Positions 43,233 to 52,493 of a stretch of DNA of 64,000 nt are shown in pieces. Made by a program: the position numbers and the translations under genes. The stretch spans positions 1-64,000 of the forward strand of contig JAYODI010000017.1 of the NCBI GenBank assembly GCA_038279365.1, given 5' to 3'. The notes beneath the pieces are model-generated. The model ran no database searches. It saw nothing but the letters and a program-made list of their open reading frames with translations, and was not told the origin of the DNA. Source of the stretch: Candidatus Latescibacterota bacterium. GTDB lineage: Bacteria; Latescibacterota; UBA2968. Each line of letters opens with the position of its first letter. Within the stretch, counting starts at the first letter, position 1.

Positions 43233-44108
43233 TCATTGCTTTTCATAAAGTGTAATGCTCACCTGCGTTCCCGGAAAATTTCCCGACGGATGTACATACG
43301 TTCGATTGCCACGAATATACACCCGCTCATCCCCAGATCGTATATGCAAGCTCCCCCCATTGTCCTGACAAATCTGCCCCACAATATACAACCCCAACCC
43401 ACGTGTATCGCCCCGCGAAAACTCCTTTTGCACCGCCATCTTAATTGCCTGCCCATGGCTCCACGCAGACGTATCGTGTTTGCTCGACAAACTCTCCCGA
43501 ATCCCAATACCCAAATCACACACGCCAATAATCGCAAACTTCTTCTTAAGCTTATGGTTGATATACCGCTGCGCCACCACAAAACCCTTATCCCCACTGT
43601 GATCAATAATATTGTGGCACAACTCTGCCACCACATTTTTAAACCCCGTAATCTCCCGCACCGTATAATGCAACTCTTCACTCAAAATCGCACCCACCCG
43701 CTGTTCAATCACACCCAACACTGTCTCAATATCCACCTTCTGCTCAATCGACATCACCTCCAACAAACGCTCATTATGAACAGGTGGGCGTTCCGTTTGC
43801 GGCGTGCCTTCCAACGTGGCATAAGCCGCCAAAGATTCAAACACCTTCATACGCGTCAAATAACTCACCACATCGGGGTCCGATGGCAACCGACACGTCA
43901 TGTCCCAATACCGCGTACTCAAATGACGTCCAATCAAACACAAAATCCCCATCCCATAAGGATCTACAAACCCCAACTGCGACAAATCCAACACAATATT
44001 GTCTTCGCGTCGCTTTTGCATAAACGCATCCAAATCGCGCATTACAGCATCACACGACACAGCCGACAAATTATTTTCTGTAATCGCCAACGTATTGTCC
44101 AAAATCAT
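43233..44108 (-). CDS. STAS-like + HATPase_c (GHKL) protein; start uncertain (44108 or 44141)
   Basis: LDLSQLGFVDP; ELCHNIIDHS, DLGIGI, RGLGL, FPGTQV; no H-box dimerisation domain. Confidence 0.8.
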   Translation of the reverse strand: MILDNTLAITENNLSAVSCDAVMRDLDAFMQKRREDNIVLDLSQLGFVDPYGMGILCLIGRHLSTRYWDMTCRLPSDPDVVSYLTRMKVFESLAAYATLEGTPQTERPPVHNERLLEVMSIEQKVDIETVLGVIEQRVGAILSEELHYTVREITGFKNVVAELCHNIIDHSGDKGFVVAQRYINHKLKKKFAIIGVCDLGIGIRESLSSKHDTSAWSHGQAIKMAVQKEFSRGDTRGLGLYIVGQICQDNGGSLHIRSGDERVYIRGNRTYVHPSGNFPGTQVSITLYEKQ

Positions 44109-44297
44109 ACCGCCCCAATCGTTCAATTTTAAGTCACCCAAACCCCATTACAATGTATGGTTAACGCCATAAGATCAAGCATTTTGTATCACCCTCATCA
44201 CACCCAAACCATGCGATCCATTTTTAACTTCAAAAGACCTCTCCAAAACCGTATTTTATACCCATCATTCATAATCTCTTTTACAAGGAGTGTCACC

Positions 44298-44738
44298 GTG
44301 AGCAGCCTCGCCGAAATATATCCCTATCTCAAAACCCTCCACATCCTCTCCATAACCCTTTGGATGCTGGGCATGTTATATCTCCCTCGCATCTATGCCT
44401 ACCACACCGAAACACTTTCTGGCTCAGAAGCAGACACCGCCTTCCAAACCATGGAAACACGTCTCCTCAAAAGCCTGCTCACCCCCACCATGATCTTGGT
44501 CTTCATCACAGGCATCCTCCTCATCTTTGCCGTCGGTGGCCAAGTAGGCGGTTGGTTCCACCTCAAATTCTTACTCGTCATCCTCCTTGCAGGCCTACAC
44601 GGCATGTTCGCCAAACACAGAAAAAACTTTGCCAACGGCACAAACACCAAAGAAGCCAGCTTCTTCCGCACCCTCAGCCTCATCTCTGCCGGCTTCCTGA
44701 TCATCATCACCTTCCTCGCCGTTGTGAAACCTTTCTAA
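44298..44738 (+). CDS. hemJ: Protoporphyrinogen IX oxidase HemJ
   Basis: KTLHI, GMLYLPRIYAYH, METRL, WFHLK, AVVKPF; AAGGAG before GTG 44298. Confidence 0.88.
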   Translation: MSSLAEIYPYLKTLHILSITLWMLGMLYLPRIYAYHTETLSGSEADTAFQTMETRLLKSLLTPTMILVFITGILLIFAVGGQVGGWFHLKFLLVILLAGLHGMFAKHRKNFANGTNTKEASFFRTLSLISAGFLIIITFLAVVKPF

Positions 44739-44750
44739 AACCCCCAATAT

Positions 44751-44966
44751 CACCCACAGGTGGTGGGGGCCGTTGTGCCGTTGGTGTGGATGTGATGTGT
44801 GGGTGAAGGGCGCGTGGAACGCGAGGCAGGGTGTGGGAACGGCATGGGCAGGTGAGGGTGATTCAGGCCCGTAAAAACACGGAAGTCCATTTAATGCCCC
44901 ACGCAGTGGCACCCTTCTTTTGCCTACTTTTCTTGGGTGTTCAAGAAAAGTAGGTCGCCGAAGGCA
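44751..44966 (+). repeat. ~216-bp structured dispersed element, copy 1 (MITE/REP-like or ncRNA)
   Basis: Colinear with 55531..55747; shared blocks CACCCACAGGTGG, GGGCAGGTGAGGGTG, GTAAAAACAC, CACGCAGTG, TCGCCGAAGGCA. Confidence 0.85.
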
Positions 44967-45012
44967 TAAAAAACATCTTTTATAAATAACCCACAAAAAA
45001 TGAGACAAACCC

Positions 45013-46674
45013 ATGAAACCCATCATCACACTCATCGCCCTTTTATTCATCACCACAACCATCCAAGCGCAACCCACCGCCATCCCAACCTTCGAATGCA
45101 TCGGCCTCTATTACCCATCCGAAAACGCTGGCGAATGTACCGTCCAATATCGCCCCATCAAAACCAAAACATGGCACCAAGCCCTCAGCCTCGTATTCGA
45201 CCCCCGCAACAACGAACACAGAGGCAGCATCGTTGGCCTCACACCCAACACCGAATACGAAATCCGCCTCACCCAAAACAACATCTCTCAAACGCTCAAG
45301 TCTCAAACCCTAAACGATCAATTCCCCATTGGCAAAACCACACACGTCACCTCACAATCAGCCACCCTCAACATCACCGAATCGGGCACACCCAAAGGCT
45401 ACCATCTCTACACACCGCCCCCTCAAATGCGCACCACCTTTGACGTGGGCAACCAAGCCAACAACAACATTGTTATCGATGCCGATTACATCATCATTCG
45501 CGGTCTCGAACTCAAAAACGCCGCCATTCACAGCATTCACATTGCCAATGGCCGCCACCACATTATCATTGAAGATTGCCGCATCACATTCTGGGGTCGC
45601 GTAGGTGGCCCCCTCACCTTTGGCAACGAAGGCGGTAGCGACAGTGCCATTTATGCTGGCACAGGTGCAGGCCACCTCATCATCCAACGCAACCGCATTG
45701 AAGACCCAAGAGGCGGTTCCAACGATTGGGACACCGGTCATCCAGCCGGCCCACAAGCCATCAGCCTCAGAAACTCCTCGGGCAACAACATCATTCGCTA
45801 CAACGAAATTGTCACCACCGACGACCACGGCTTCAATGACGCCATTGGCGGCGGCTCCAACTACAGCTTCGAAGGCAGCCCCAACCGCGACTCAGACATC
45901 TACGGCAACTTCATCGCAGGTGTTTGGGATGACGCCATCGAAAGCGAAGGCGCAAACATGAACGTGCGCATCTGGGGCAATCACATCGAACGCACCTTTC
46001 AACACATTGCCACGGCCTGCACATCCAAAGGTCCGCTTTATATCTTTCGCAACGTCTTCGGCTCCAGCCGCCGTACGCACAAAAACCCACAAGGCGGATC
46101 GATGATCAAAACCGGTCAGCGCAATGAATTTGGTGGTGGTCGCAAATACATCTTTCACAACACAGGCGTACAACCCAATGGCGCCTTTGATGTCTTCAGC
46201 GGTCATCCCGACCCCAACACCGTCACCCGCAACAACATCTTCGACGCCCCAGGTCGCTTGGCCTCCAAACGCGAAGTAGATGTCGATGGTGATTACGACT
46301 ACGATTTCTACACAGGATATGACCGAGGCCGTGCCAAAGAACCCAACGGTCTTCGAGGCAAAATGGCCTACATTCCCTCACCTTACCTCGAATACTATCC
46401 CGCCCCCGTGACCACCAAAATCGAATGGGGGCGCATTGCCGTTCAACAAGGTGGCAAAGAACGCCACATCACAGACCCCGTCGTGACCGTGCCCAATCCC
46501 GTCATCGACGGGGGCACACCCATTCCCAACTTCAACGATGGCTTCACAGGCAATGCCCCCGACGTAGGTGCATTCGAAATCGGACACGCGCCCTTGCGTT
46601 TTGGTCGCCGCGCTTACAACAACATTTGGGCCCCTTGGGAATTGTACGCCAACGAAAACCCTGAAAATAAATAG
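45013..46674 (+). CDS. Secreted right-handed parallel beta-helix protein with N-terminal FN3-like domain (putative polysaccharide lyase/hydrolase)
   Basis: Signal peptide, GLTPNTEYEI, repeated IxxN ladders, APDVGAFE. Confidence 0.78.
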   Translation: MKPIITLIALLFITTTIQAQPTAIPTFECIGLYYPSENAGECTVQYRPIKTKTWHQALSLVFDPRNNEHRGSIVGLTPNTEYEIRLTQNNISQTLKSQTLNDQFPIGKTTHVTSQSATLNITESGTPKGYHLYTPPPQMRTTFDVGNQANNNIVIDADYIIIRGLELKNAAIHSIHIANGRHHIIIEDCRITFWGRVGGPLTFGNEGGSDSAIYAGTGAGHLIIQRNRIEDPRGGSNDWDTGHPAGPQAISLRNSSGNNIIRYNEIVTTDDHGFNDAIGGGSNYSFEGSPNRDSDIYGNFIAGVWDDAIESEGANMNVRIWGNHIERTFQHIATACTSKGPLYIFRNVFGSSRRTHKNPQGGSMIKTGQRNEFGGGRKYIFHNTGVQPNGAFDVFSGHPDPNTVTRNNIFDAPGRLASKREVDVDGDYDYDFYTGYDRGRAKEPNGLRGKMAYIPSPYLEYYPAPVTTKIEWGRIAVQQGGKERHITDPVVTVPNPVIDGGTPIPNFNDGFTGNAPDVGAFEIGHAPLRFGRRAYNNIWAPWELYANENPENK

Positions 46675-46753
46675 TCCAATCGATCAACGCACCCAAATAA
46701 ACGTGAACATTCTCCACATTCATCTTTAGACATAATTTACAATTGGATATGCA

Positions 46754-48058
46754 ATGGATATGCTACGTGTCATCGGCCCCACACCGCTTCGTGGAGACGT
46801 ACAATTACCCGGCGCAAAAAACGCCATCAGCAAACTCTTAACCGCTTCCATGCTTACTGCCGAACGTTGTGTTTTTTCCAATGTACCCGCCATTGGTGAC
46901 ACACGCATCACCCAACAAATTTGCCAAAACCTCGGCGCAAAAATTCTCGAAGACGATCCTCGCCTGCTCATTGCTCAAACCAAAAACATCACGCACGTAG
47001 ACGTACCCGAAGACCTTGCCCTCAAAAACCGCCTCTCCATCATGATGCTCGCTCCCCTTTTACATCGTGCGGGCAAAGCCGTCATTCCATCAGCAGGTGG
47101 TGACCGCATCGGGGTGCGTCCCATCAACTTTCACCTCGATGGCTACCGCAAAATGGGGGCACACATTGAAGAAAAAGAAGGTGTCTATATTGCCGAAGCA
47201 GACCGCCTGAAAGGCGCAGAAATCACACTGCCTTATCCCAGCGTCACCACCACCGAAAACCTGCTCATGGCCGCCGTACTCGCCAATGGCCGCACCTTCA
47301 TCCGCAATGCCGCCATTGAGCCCGAAATTATGGACCTCGTTTATTTCCTCCAAAAAATGGGCGCCATTATCGACTACCAAATTGATCGCACCTTTATCAT
47401 CGAAGGTGTCGATACCCTTCATGGAGCTTTACACGAAGTCATTCCCGACCGCTTGGTCGCGGCCTCCTTTGCCGTAGCTGCCATCGCCTCCAAAGGCGAT
47501 CTCTTTGTGCGCGGTGCACGCCAAGCCGACTTGCTCACCTTTCTCAACACCTTGCGCCGCGTGGGCGGTCACTTCGACATCGAAGCCGATGGCATTCGTT
47601 TTTACCACACACAAAACCTCAAATCCATCGCCCTTGAAACCACAGTACACCCAGGCTTTATGACCGATTGGCACCCCCCATTTGCCGTCTTGCTCACCCA
47701 AGCCCAAGGCATCTCTGTCATTCACGAAACCGTCTTTGAAGACCGTCTCACTTATGTGCCTCAACTTCAAAAAATGGGGGCAGATATTGCCGTATATGAC
47801 CAATGCCTCGGCACAGGCAATTGCCGATACCACACCACCAACAACCGACACAGCGCCCTCATCAAAGGCCCCACACCCCTGCAAGGCACCGACATCACCA
47901 TACCCGACTTGCGCGCAGGCTTCACGTATCTCCTTGCCGCCATTATCGCAAAAGGTGAAACCACCATTCACGGTGTTGATGAACTCGACCGTGGTTACGA
48001 GTCTATCGACCAAGCCTTAAGCAAAGCCGGTGCAACCATTATCAGAGAAAAAGAATAA
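46754..48058 (+). CDS. murA: UDP-N-acetylglucosamine 1-carboxyvinyltransferase (Asp-type active-site loop)
   Basis: GAKNA, GGDRIGVRPINFH, PSVTTTEN, NAAIEPE, PGFMTD, PDLRAG, RGYE. Confidence 0.95.
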   Translation: MDMLRVIGPTPLRGDVQLPGAKNAISKLLTASMLTAERCVFSNVPAIGDTRITQQICQNLGAKILEDDPRLLIAQTKNITHVDVPEDLALKNRLSIMMLAPLLHRAGKAVIPSAGGDRIGVRPINFHLDGYRKMGAHIEEKEGVYIAEADRLKGAEITLPYPSVTTTENLLMAAVLANGRTFIRNAAIEPEIMDLVYFLQKMGAIIDYQIDRTFIIEGVDTLHGALHEVIPDRLVAASFAVAAIASKGDLFVRGARQADLLTFLNTLRRVGGHFDIEADGIRFYHTQNLKSIALETTVHPGFMTDWHPPFAVLLTQAQGISVIHETVFEDRLTYVPQLQKMGADIAVYDQCLGTGNCRYHTTNNRHSALIKGPTPLQGTDITIPDLRAGFTYLLAAIIAKGETTIHGVDELDRGYESIDQALSKAGATIIREKE

Positions 48059-48099
48059 CAGAGTAATTTTGTTTTTTGTAAACACAACATCTTTACCAA

Positions 48100-48156
48100 A
48101 TAAAAAGGGATACGTCAGAAGATTCATTTAACCTTCTAGCGTATCCCTTTTTTTAT
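48100..48156. terminator. Probable bidirectional terminator
   Basis: aaaaagggatacg..cgtatccctttttt. Confidence 0.75.
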
Positions 48157-48173
48157 TGCATTTTACAAACGCT

Positions 48174-49208
48174 TTACCCGTTTAATTCCAACGTCGCTTT
48201 GCGCACACAAAAATTGTCATCTCCCGAAAACACCAAATACATCGTCTTCCCATCATCACCCATCCACTTAGGCGGAAACTCACCCCGTTCACCCGGCCCC
48301 ACATCCCATTCACGCGTAAAAAATGCCGTTGTCCACGGCCCCCAAGGTTCGGGTGCATCATAAATGCCAAACCCACCTTGAAAACGTGTATCACCCCGAT
48401 CTTTATGCCCCGGTTCATTTGGAATGTGTTGCCACCACAGATAGCGCTTTAAGTCTGCGTTATAACTAATCCCCGACCGCAAACACGCATCTTCATGCTC
48501 AAACACTGCGCCTCTGCTATGAATAGAAGGCGACCAAGTCGGTTTGTTCTGATCGTCAGCGCGAACAAAAAATTCATACGCATCACGATCCAAAATGCGG
48601 TCTTTTGGAACACGCATCAACACAAACCGATCTGCAGGTCCATCGGCCATCGGCGCATCGTGTGTCACCGTATACACATACCCATCACGTGCACCCGCAT
48701 AATCTTGACCAAAATTGATAAACGCACACAAACCAAACTCAGCAAACTTCCACGGTGCAAATGTCCACGTCTTGGCCCCATCTACCGAATGAGCCAACTG
48801 TGCTTGCCCACCTTGTTCATCGGCATGAAACACCCACATATACAACACCCCACCCACCGACAACATCCCACTGCCCTTTTTGCCCGACCGACCGTGTCCT
48901 CGATTTTCACCGTCAGATCGAATATTCACACCCTTAAAACCTTCAGGCCCATCCAACACCTTCGCAAACCCCATGCCCAACTTCATAGGCAATTCCGGTT
49001 CAAACCCATACCCATCACCATAAGCCGTATACAAGTTCCCATCAGCGGCCCACGTAATCGGAAAATTATCACTGCCATCACGATTGCCCCGCTTGCCCTT
49101 GGGCCCCAACACCTCACGCACCACCTCCAAATCCCACACCACCCGTTTAATCACCGCACTACGTGGCACAGGGGGTCGCCCCATTTCTACATTTGGATCA
49201 TTCAACAT
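48174..49208 (-). CDS. Predicted beta-propeller protein (DUF4185-like)
   Basis: SDNFPITWAADG.LYTAYGDG, SVDGAKTW Asp-box, DAPEPWGPW. Confidence 0.65.
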   Translation of the reverse strand: MLNDPNVEMGRPPVPRSAVIKRVVWDLEVVREVLGPKGKRGNRDGSDNFPITWAADGNLYTAYGDGYGFEPELPMKLGMGFAKVLDGPEGFKGVNIRSDGENRGHGRSGKKGSGMLSVGGVLYMWVFHADEQGGQAQLAHSVDGAKTWTFAPWKFAEFGLCAFINFGQDYAGARDGYVYTVTHDAPMADGPADRFVLMRVPKDRILDRDAYEFFVRADDQNKPTWSPSIHSRGAVFEHEDACLRSGISYNADLKRYLWWQHIPNEPGHKDRGDTRFQGGFGIYDAPEPWGPWTTAFFTREWDVGPGERGEFPPKWMGDDGKTMYLVFSGDDNFCVRKATLELNG

Positions 49209-49311
49209 AAAAAAGCCCTCTTCGAATGAGAATTCATTGACAACACATACCACACACCATAATATAACATCGAGATACATCACACAACGATCATTTCACC
49301 CGAAAGATTTT

Positions 49312-50508
49312 ATGAAAAACATCGGTCCAATCATTCAAAAACTATTGCCCGACATCATCAAACTGCGCCACCACCTTCACCAAAACCCAGAGTTACATTA
49401 CGAAGAACACAACACCGCAGCTCAGGTTTTGGCACATTTAAAGAAGATTCCCAACATCGACATTCGCAGTGGCATCGGTGGCACAGGCATTGTCGCCACT
49501 TTAGGCAAAGAAAAAAAAGGCCCTTGTGTTGCACTCCGTGCCGACATGGATGCCCTGCCGATGCAGGAAGAATCTGACCTGCCTTACAAATCCAAAGTCG
49601 CCGGAAAAATGCACGCCTGTGGGCACGACGGTCACACCAGTTGCCTCGTAGGCGCAGCCCTTGTTTTAGCCCAATGCACAGAAGACCTTTCTGGCCCCGT
49701 CAAATTTATCTTTCAACCCGCCGAAGAAAACGGTGCTGGCGGGCGCACCATGTGTGAAGAAGGGGCCCTCGAAAACCCCGATGTTGCCGCCATCTTTGGC
49801 CTACACGGCTGGCCAGAAATGTCCCAAGGCCAAATCGGTCTTTGTGCGGGTGGGTTTTTAGCAGGCACCGACGATTTCGAAATCGAGGTCCACGGCACAG
49901 GGGGCCATGCTGCCTTTCCACATCAAGGCACAGATCCCATCCTTATTGCCTCACATATCGTCACCGCCTTACAATCCATCGTCTCACGCAACACCAATCC
50001 ATTAGACAGTGCCGTTGTCACCGTTGCCCAATTTCACGCAGGTTCTGCCGACAATGTCATTCCCCCAGTGGCCACACTGCGAGGCACCGTGCGCACCCTC
50101 AATGAAGACGTTCGTGCCCACACCCTCGAACGCCTCATGCGTCTTACCACCCAAATTGCCGAAGGGTTTGGCGGGCATGCCAACGTGCACATCGACCCCG
50201 GTTATCCGCCCCTCATCAACGATGCCCAAGCCACACAAATCGTGCAAACCATTGCACAAGAAACACTCGTCGCAGACATCAAAGCCACCCACATTCAACC
50301 CGTTATGGGCGGCGAAGACTTTGCTTTTTATGCCCAACAAATTCCAGCATCCTTTTTTGCCTTAGGTCTTCGCGCACCCCACCAAGACACCTACGCACAC
50401 CTGCACCAACCCGATTTCGATTTTGCCGATGACGCATTGCCCTATGGCATTAAAATGCATGTCGAAATTGCCCGCAATTTTCATCGCTTTTGGAAATCCA
50501 AAAAATAG
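49312..50508 (+). CDS. M20D amidohydrolase
   Basis: HQNPEL, ALRADMDALP, MHACGHDGH, FQPAEE, GGEDF. Confidence 0.93.
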   Translation: MKNIGPIIQKLLPDIIKLRHHLHQNPELHYEEHNTAAQVLAHLKKIPNIDIRSGIGGTGIVATLGKEKKGPCVALRADMDALPMQEESDLPYKSKVAGKMHACGHDGHTSCLVGAALVLAQCTEDLSGPVKFIFQPAEENGAGGRTMCEEGALENPDVAAIFGLHGWPEMSQGQIGLCAGGFLAGTDDFEIEVHGTGGHAAFPHQGTDPILIASHIVTALQSIVSRNTNPLDSAVVTVAQFHAGSADNVIPPVATLRGTVRTLNEDVRAHTLERLMRLTTQIAEGFGGHANVHIDPGYPPLINDAQATQIVQTIAQETLVADIKATHIQPVMGGEDFAFYAQQIPASFFALGLRAPHQDTYAHLHQPDFDFADDALPYGIKMHVEIARNFHRFWKSKK

Positions 50509-50563
50509 ACCCATCGAAGACACACTCAAAAAACAAAAATCTTAACCTTCACAAGGAAACCAC

Positions 50564-50869
50564 ATGATCGAACATATTGTTTTACTCAAACTAAAAAATG
50601 GCGTCACAGAAGCCCAAACGCAAACCCTTCACGACGGCCTCATCGCCCTTCAAAAAAAAGGCACCATCCCAGGCATCGAATCTGTCACCGCCGGATACAA
50701 CAACAGCCCCGAAGGCAAAGAACACGGATTTACTTGGGGGTTCACCATGCGCTTTAAAAATATCGCCGCACGCGATGCCTATTTGCCACACCCCGACCAC
50801 AAAGAACTGGCAACAACTCTTTTGCGTCCCTTAGTAGACGATGTATTGGTCTTTGATTATGAATTCTAA
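50564..50869 (+). CDS. Dabb (stress-responsive A/B barrel) protein
   Basis: MIEHIVLLK, IPGI, YLPHPDH, FDY; AAGGA RBS. Confidence 0.88.
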   Translation: MIEHIVLLKLKNGVTEAQTQTLHDGLIALQKKGTIPGIESVTAGYNNSPEGKEHGFTWGFTMRFKNIAARDAYLPHPDHKELATTLLRPLVDDVLVFDYEF

Positions 50870-50964
50870 TTTATTGATTGATATATTTAATGCGGAAAAG
50901 GTACTTGGTAACCTCCTTAAAAGCATCCCATCAGAAGAACTTGTATAAGTTCACTTATGTGAAC

Positions 50965-51006
50965 AAAGGCCCGTCAAGCAATGTTCCTTGGCGGGCTTTT
51001 TTTTTA
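50965..51006 (+). terminator. Intrinsic terminator
   Basis: aaggcccgtcaag..cttggcgggctttttttt. Confidence 0.7.
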
Positions 51007-51103
51007 GAAATCAAACAATCCGAAATTCGATATAGACACAACACATCATTCCAACGTATATTGTAAAACATTCACCATTTTCACCTATTGAGGAGCTTAA
51101 CAG

Positions 51104-51394
51104 ATGTCAGAACCCCAAATGCGACAAAAATTGCTCTATTTATACTTGGGCAATTCCAACTTAGAAGCCGCCGTCATTGGCTGGTCTTTATATGATGGTA
51201 CAACAAAAGAAAACTTCGAAGCCGCTGGCGAAGCACAAGAACCGCCTTACAAATCTGTTTTAGATGCCATGCGCGATGGTTGGCGTGTCATTCAATCACC
51301 CACACTCAAAGCCCCGCAAGTTGGCCGCGAATACCAAGTCGATTATCTCGACTTTGAATTTGTTCTTGAAAAAATGGAGGCAATTAATGGCTGA
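51104..51394 (+). CDS. Hypothetical 96-aa protein coupled to PhyH gene
   Basis: GAGGAG RBS; stop overlaps next start; globular composition. Confidence 0.75.
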   Translation: MSEPQMRQKLLYLYLGNSNLEAAVIGWSLYDGTTKENFEAAGEAQEPPYKSVLDAMRDGWRVIQSPTLKAPQVGREYQVDYLDFEFVLEKMEAING

Positions 51395-52223
51395 TAAAGA
51401 TCTCAAACTCAACTCACTCGAAATGGCCCAATTTGTGCGCGATGGGTTTTTGCGCTTTGACAATCTTGTACCCAAAGAACTGTGCCAAGCCGCCCACAAA
51501 GAAATGATCGACGGCACGCACAAAACCGCCCAAAAAACAGCCGCGCCCTTCTCAGAAGTTTGGCCCACCGAAGCATTGGGGCAAGTCTTTCGTTTGCCCA
51601 AAGTTGAGGCCATTATTCACAGCCTCGTAGGCCCCAACCCCCGTTACGACCACCACGCCGCGCACCTCACCCCGGCCAACACGCGCAAAGGGGCCAACCT
51701 ACACCAAGATGCCGAATACGACATTCGCGAGCATCACTTTGACATTCAAACCTGCTTTTTCCCTGCCGACACCCCACTCGAAAGTGGAGGCACCCTCTTG
51801 GTGCCAGGCAGCCATTTTCGCCGCGTACACGAAGCCGACATCATGCGCTACCAAAACATCGTCGGCCAAGTGCAATCCGTATGCGAAGCAGGCACCATTG
51901 TTTTCTGGCACGCCAATTTGTGGCACTCGGCACGCAGCAACACCACCAACCAAGACCGTTACATGCTCAAACTGCGCCTCAACCCCACCGTGCGCCAACA
52001 ACGCCTGTGGAACACCGATGACATTACCGATCCCAAAATTCCTGGCATCCTCAGCCAAAGCATTCCTTGGCATGGCCAACGCAACCGCATCGAAATCATG
52101 AACCGCATCAAACTCTGGCGTTTCTTAACAGGCGACAACGACTTTGATACCGGCTCCTTGTGGTGGACACGTGTCGAAAACACACCCGACATCATTCATC
52201 GCGAACAGCGCGTAAGCATATAA
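51387..52223 (+). CDS. PhyH-family dioxygenase (HxD)
   Basis: FVRDGFL, LHQD, LVPGSH, LWHS; GGAGG RBS. Confidence 0.87.
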   Translation: MADKDLKLNSLEMAQFVRDGFLRFDNLVPKELCQAAHKEMIDGTHKTAQKTAAPFSEVWPTEALGQVFRLPKVEAIIHSLVGPNPRYDHHAAHLTPANTRKGANLHQDAEYDIREHHFDIQTCFFPADTPLESGGTLLVPGSHFRRVHEADIMRYQNIVGQVQSVCEAGTIVFWHANLWHSARSNTTNQDRYMLKLRLNPTVRQQRLWNTDDITDPKIPGILSQSIPWHGQRNRIEIMNRIKLWRFLTGDNDFDTGSLWWTRVENTPDIIHREQRVSI

Positions 52224-52227
52224 GACA

Positions 52228-52327
52228 GTCACAGGTCAACAAGTCGCAAGTCACAGGTCAAAACCTTGAAAGACGACAGGTTTTTCAGATTTTGACTTGT
52301 GACCTGCCAACCTGAGACTTGCGACCT
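52228..52327. repeat. Family A heptamer palindrome, full copy
   Basis: gtcacag-gtcaacaa-gtcgcaa-gtcacag-gtcaaaa ... ttttgac-ttgtgac-ctgccaac-ctgagac-ttgcgac. Confidence 0.8.
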
Positions 52328-52365
52328 TGTTTTATGAAGGAAGCATGTAAAAATAATGGTGATTA

Positions 52366-52402
52366 AAGAAGCTCTGGATACGTTATCCAGAGCTTTCTTT
52401 TT
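52366..52402 (+). terminator. Intrinsic terminator
   Basis: aagctctggata..tatccagagctttcttttt. Confidence 0.7.
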
Positions 52403-52493
52403 GCCTACTCGAAACGATTGCTTCAGCACTTAGAGTTCCCTATCTTGCACCTCAACCATATCTTTATACACCTTCTCAAACATAGGTTCTACA

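Noticed and set aside
43068-44132. 354-aa antisense ORF (also 25809..26642 and 62754..63695)
   Set aside because: Shadows of well-supported minus-strand genes; no recognisable domains.
44157-44297. N-terminal extensions from the ORF track (hemJ; likewise purE, nrdA, M20, SDR, DUF362, DedA)
   Set aside because: Downstream starts coincide with where family homology begins and most have a clear Shine-Dalgarno sequence.
52228-52327. CRISPR array at the heptamer repeats
   Set aside because: Units are 7-8 bp, tandem and inverted, with no repeat-spacer periodicity and no cas genes.
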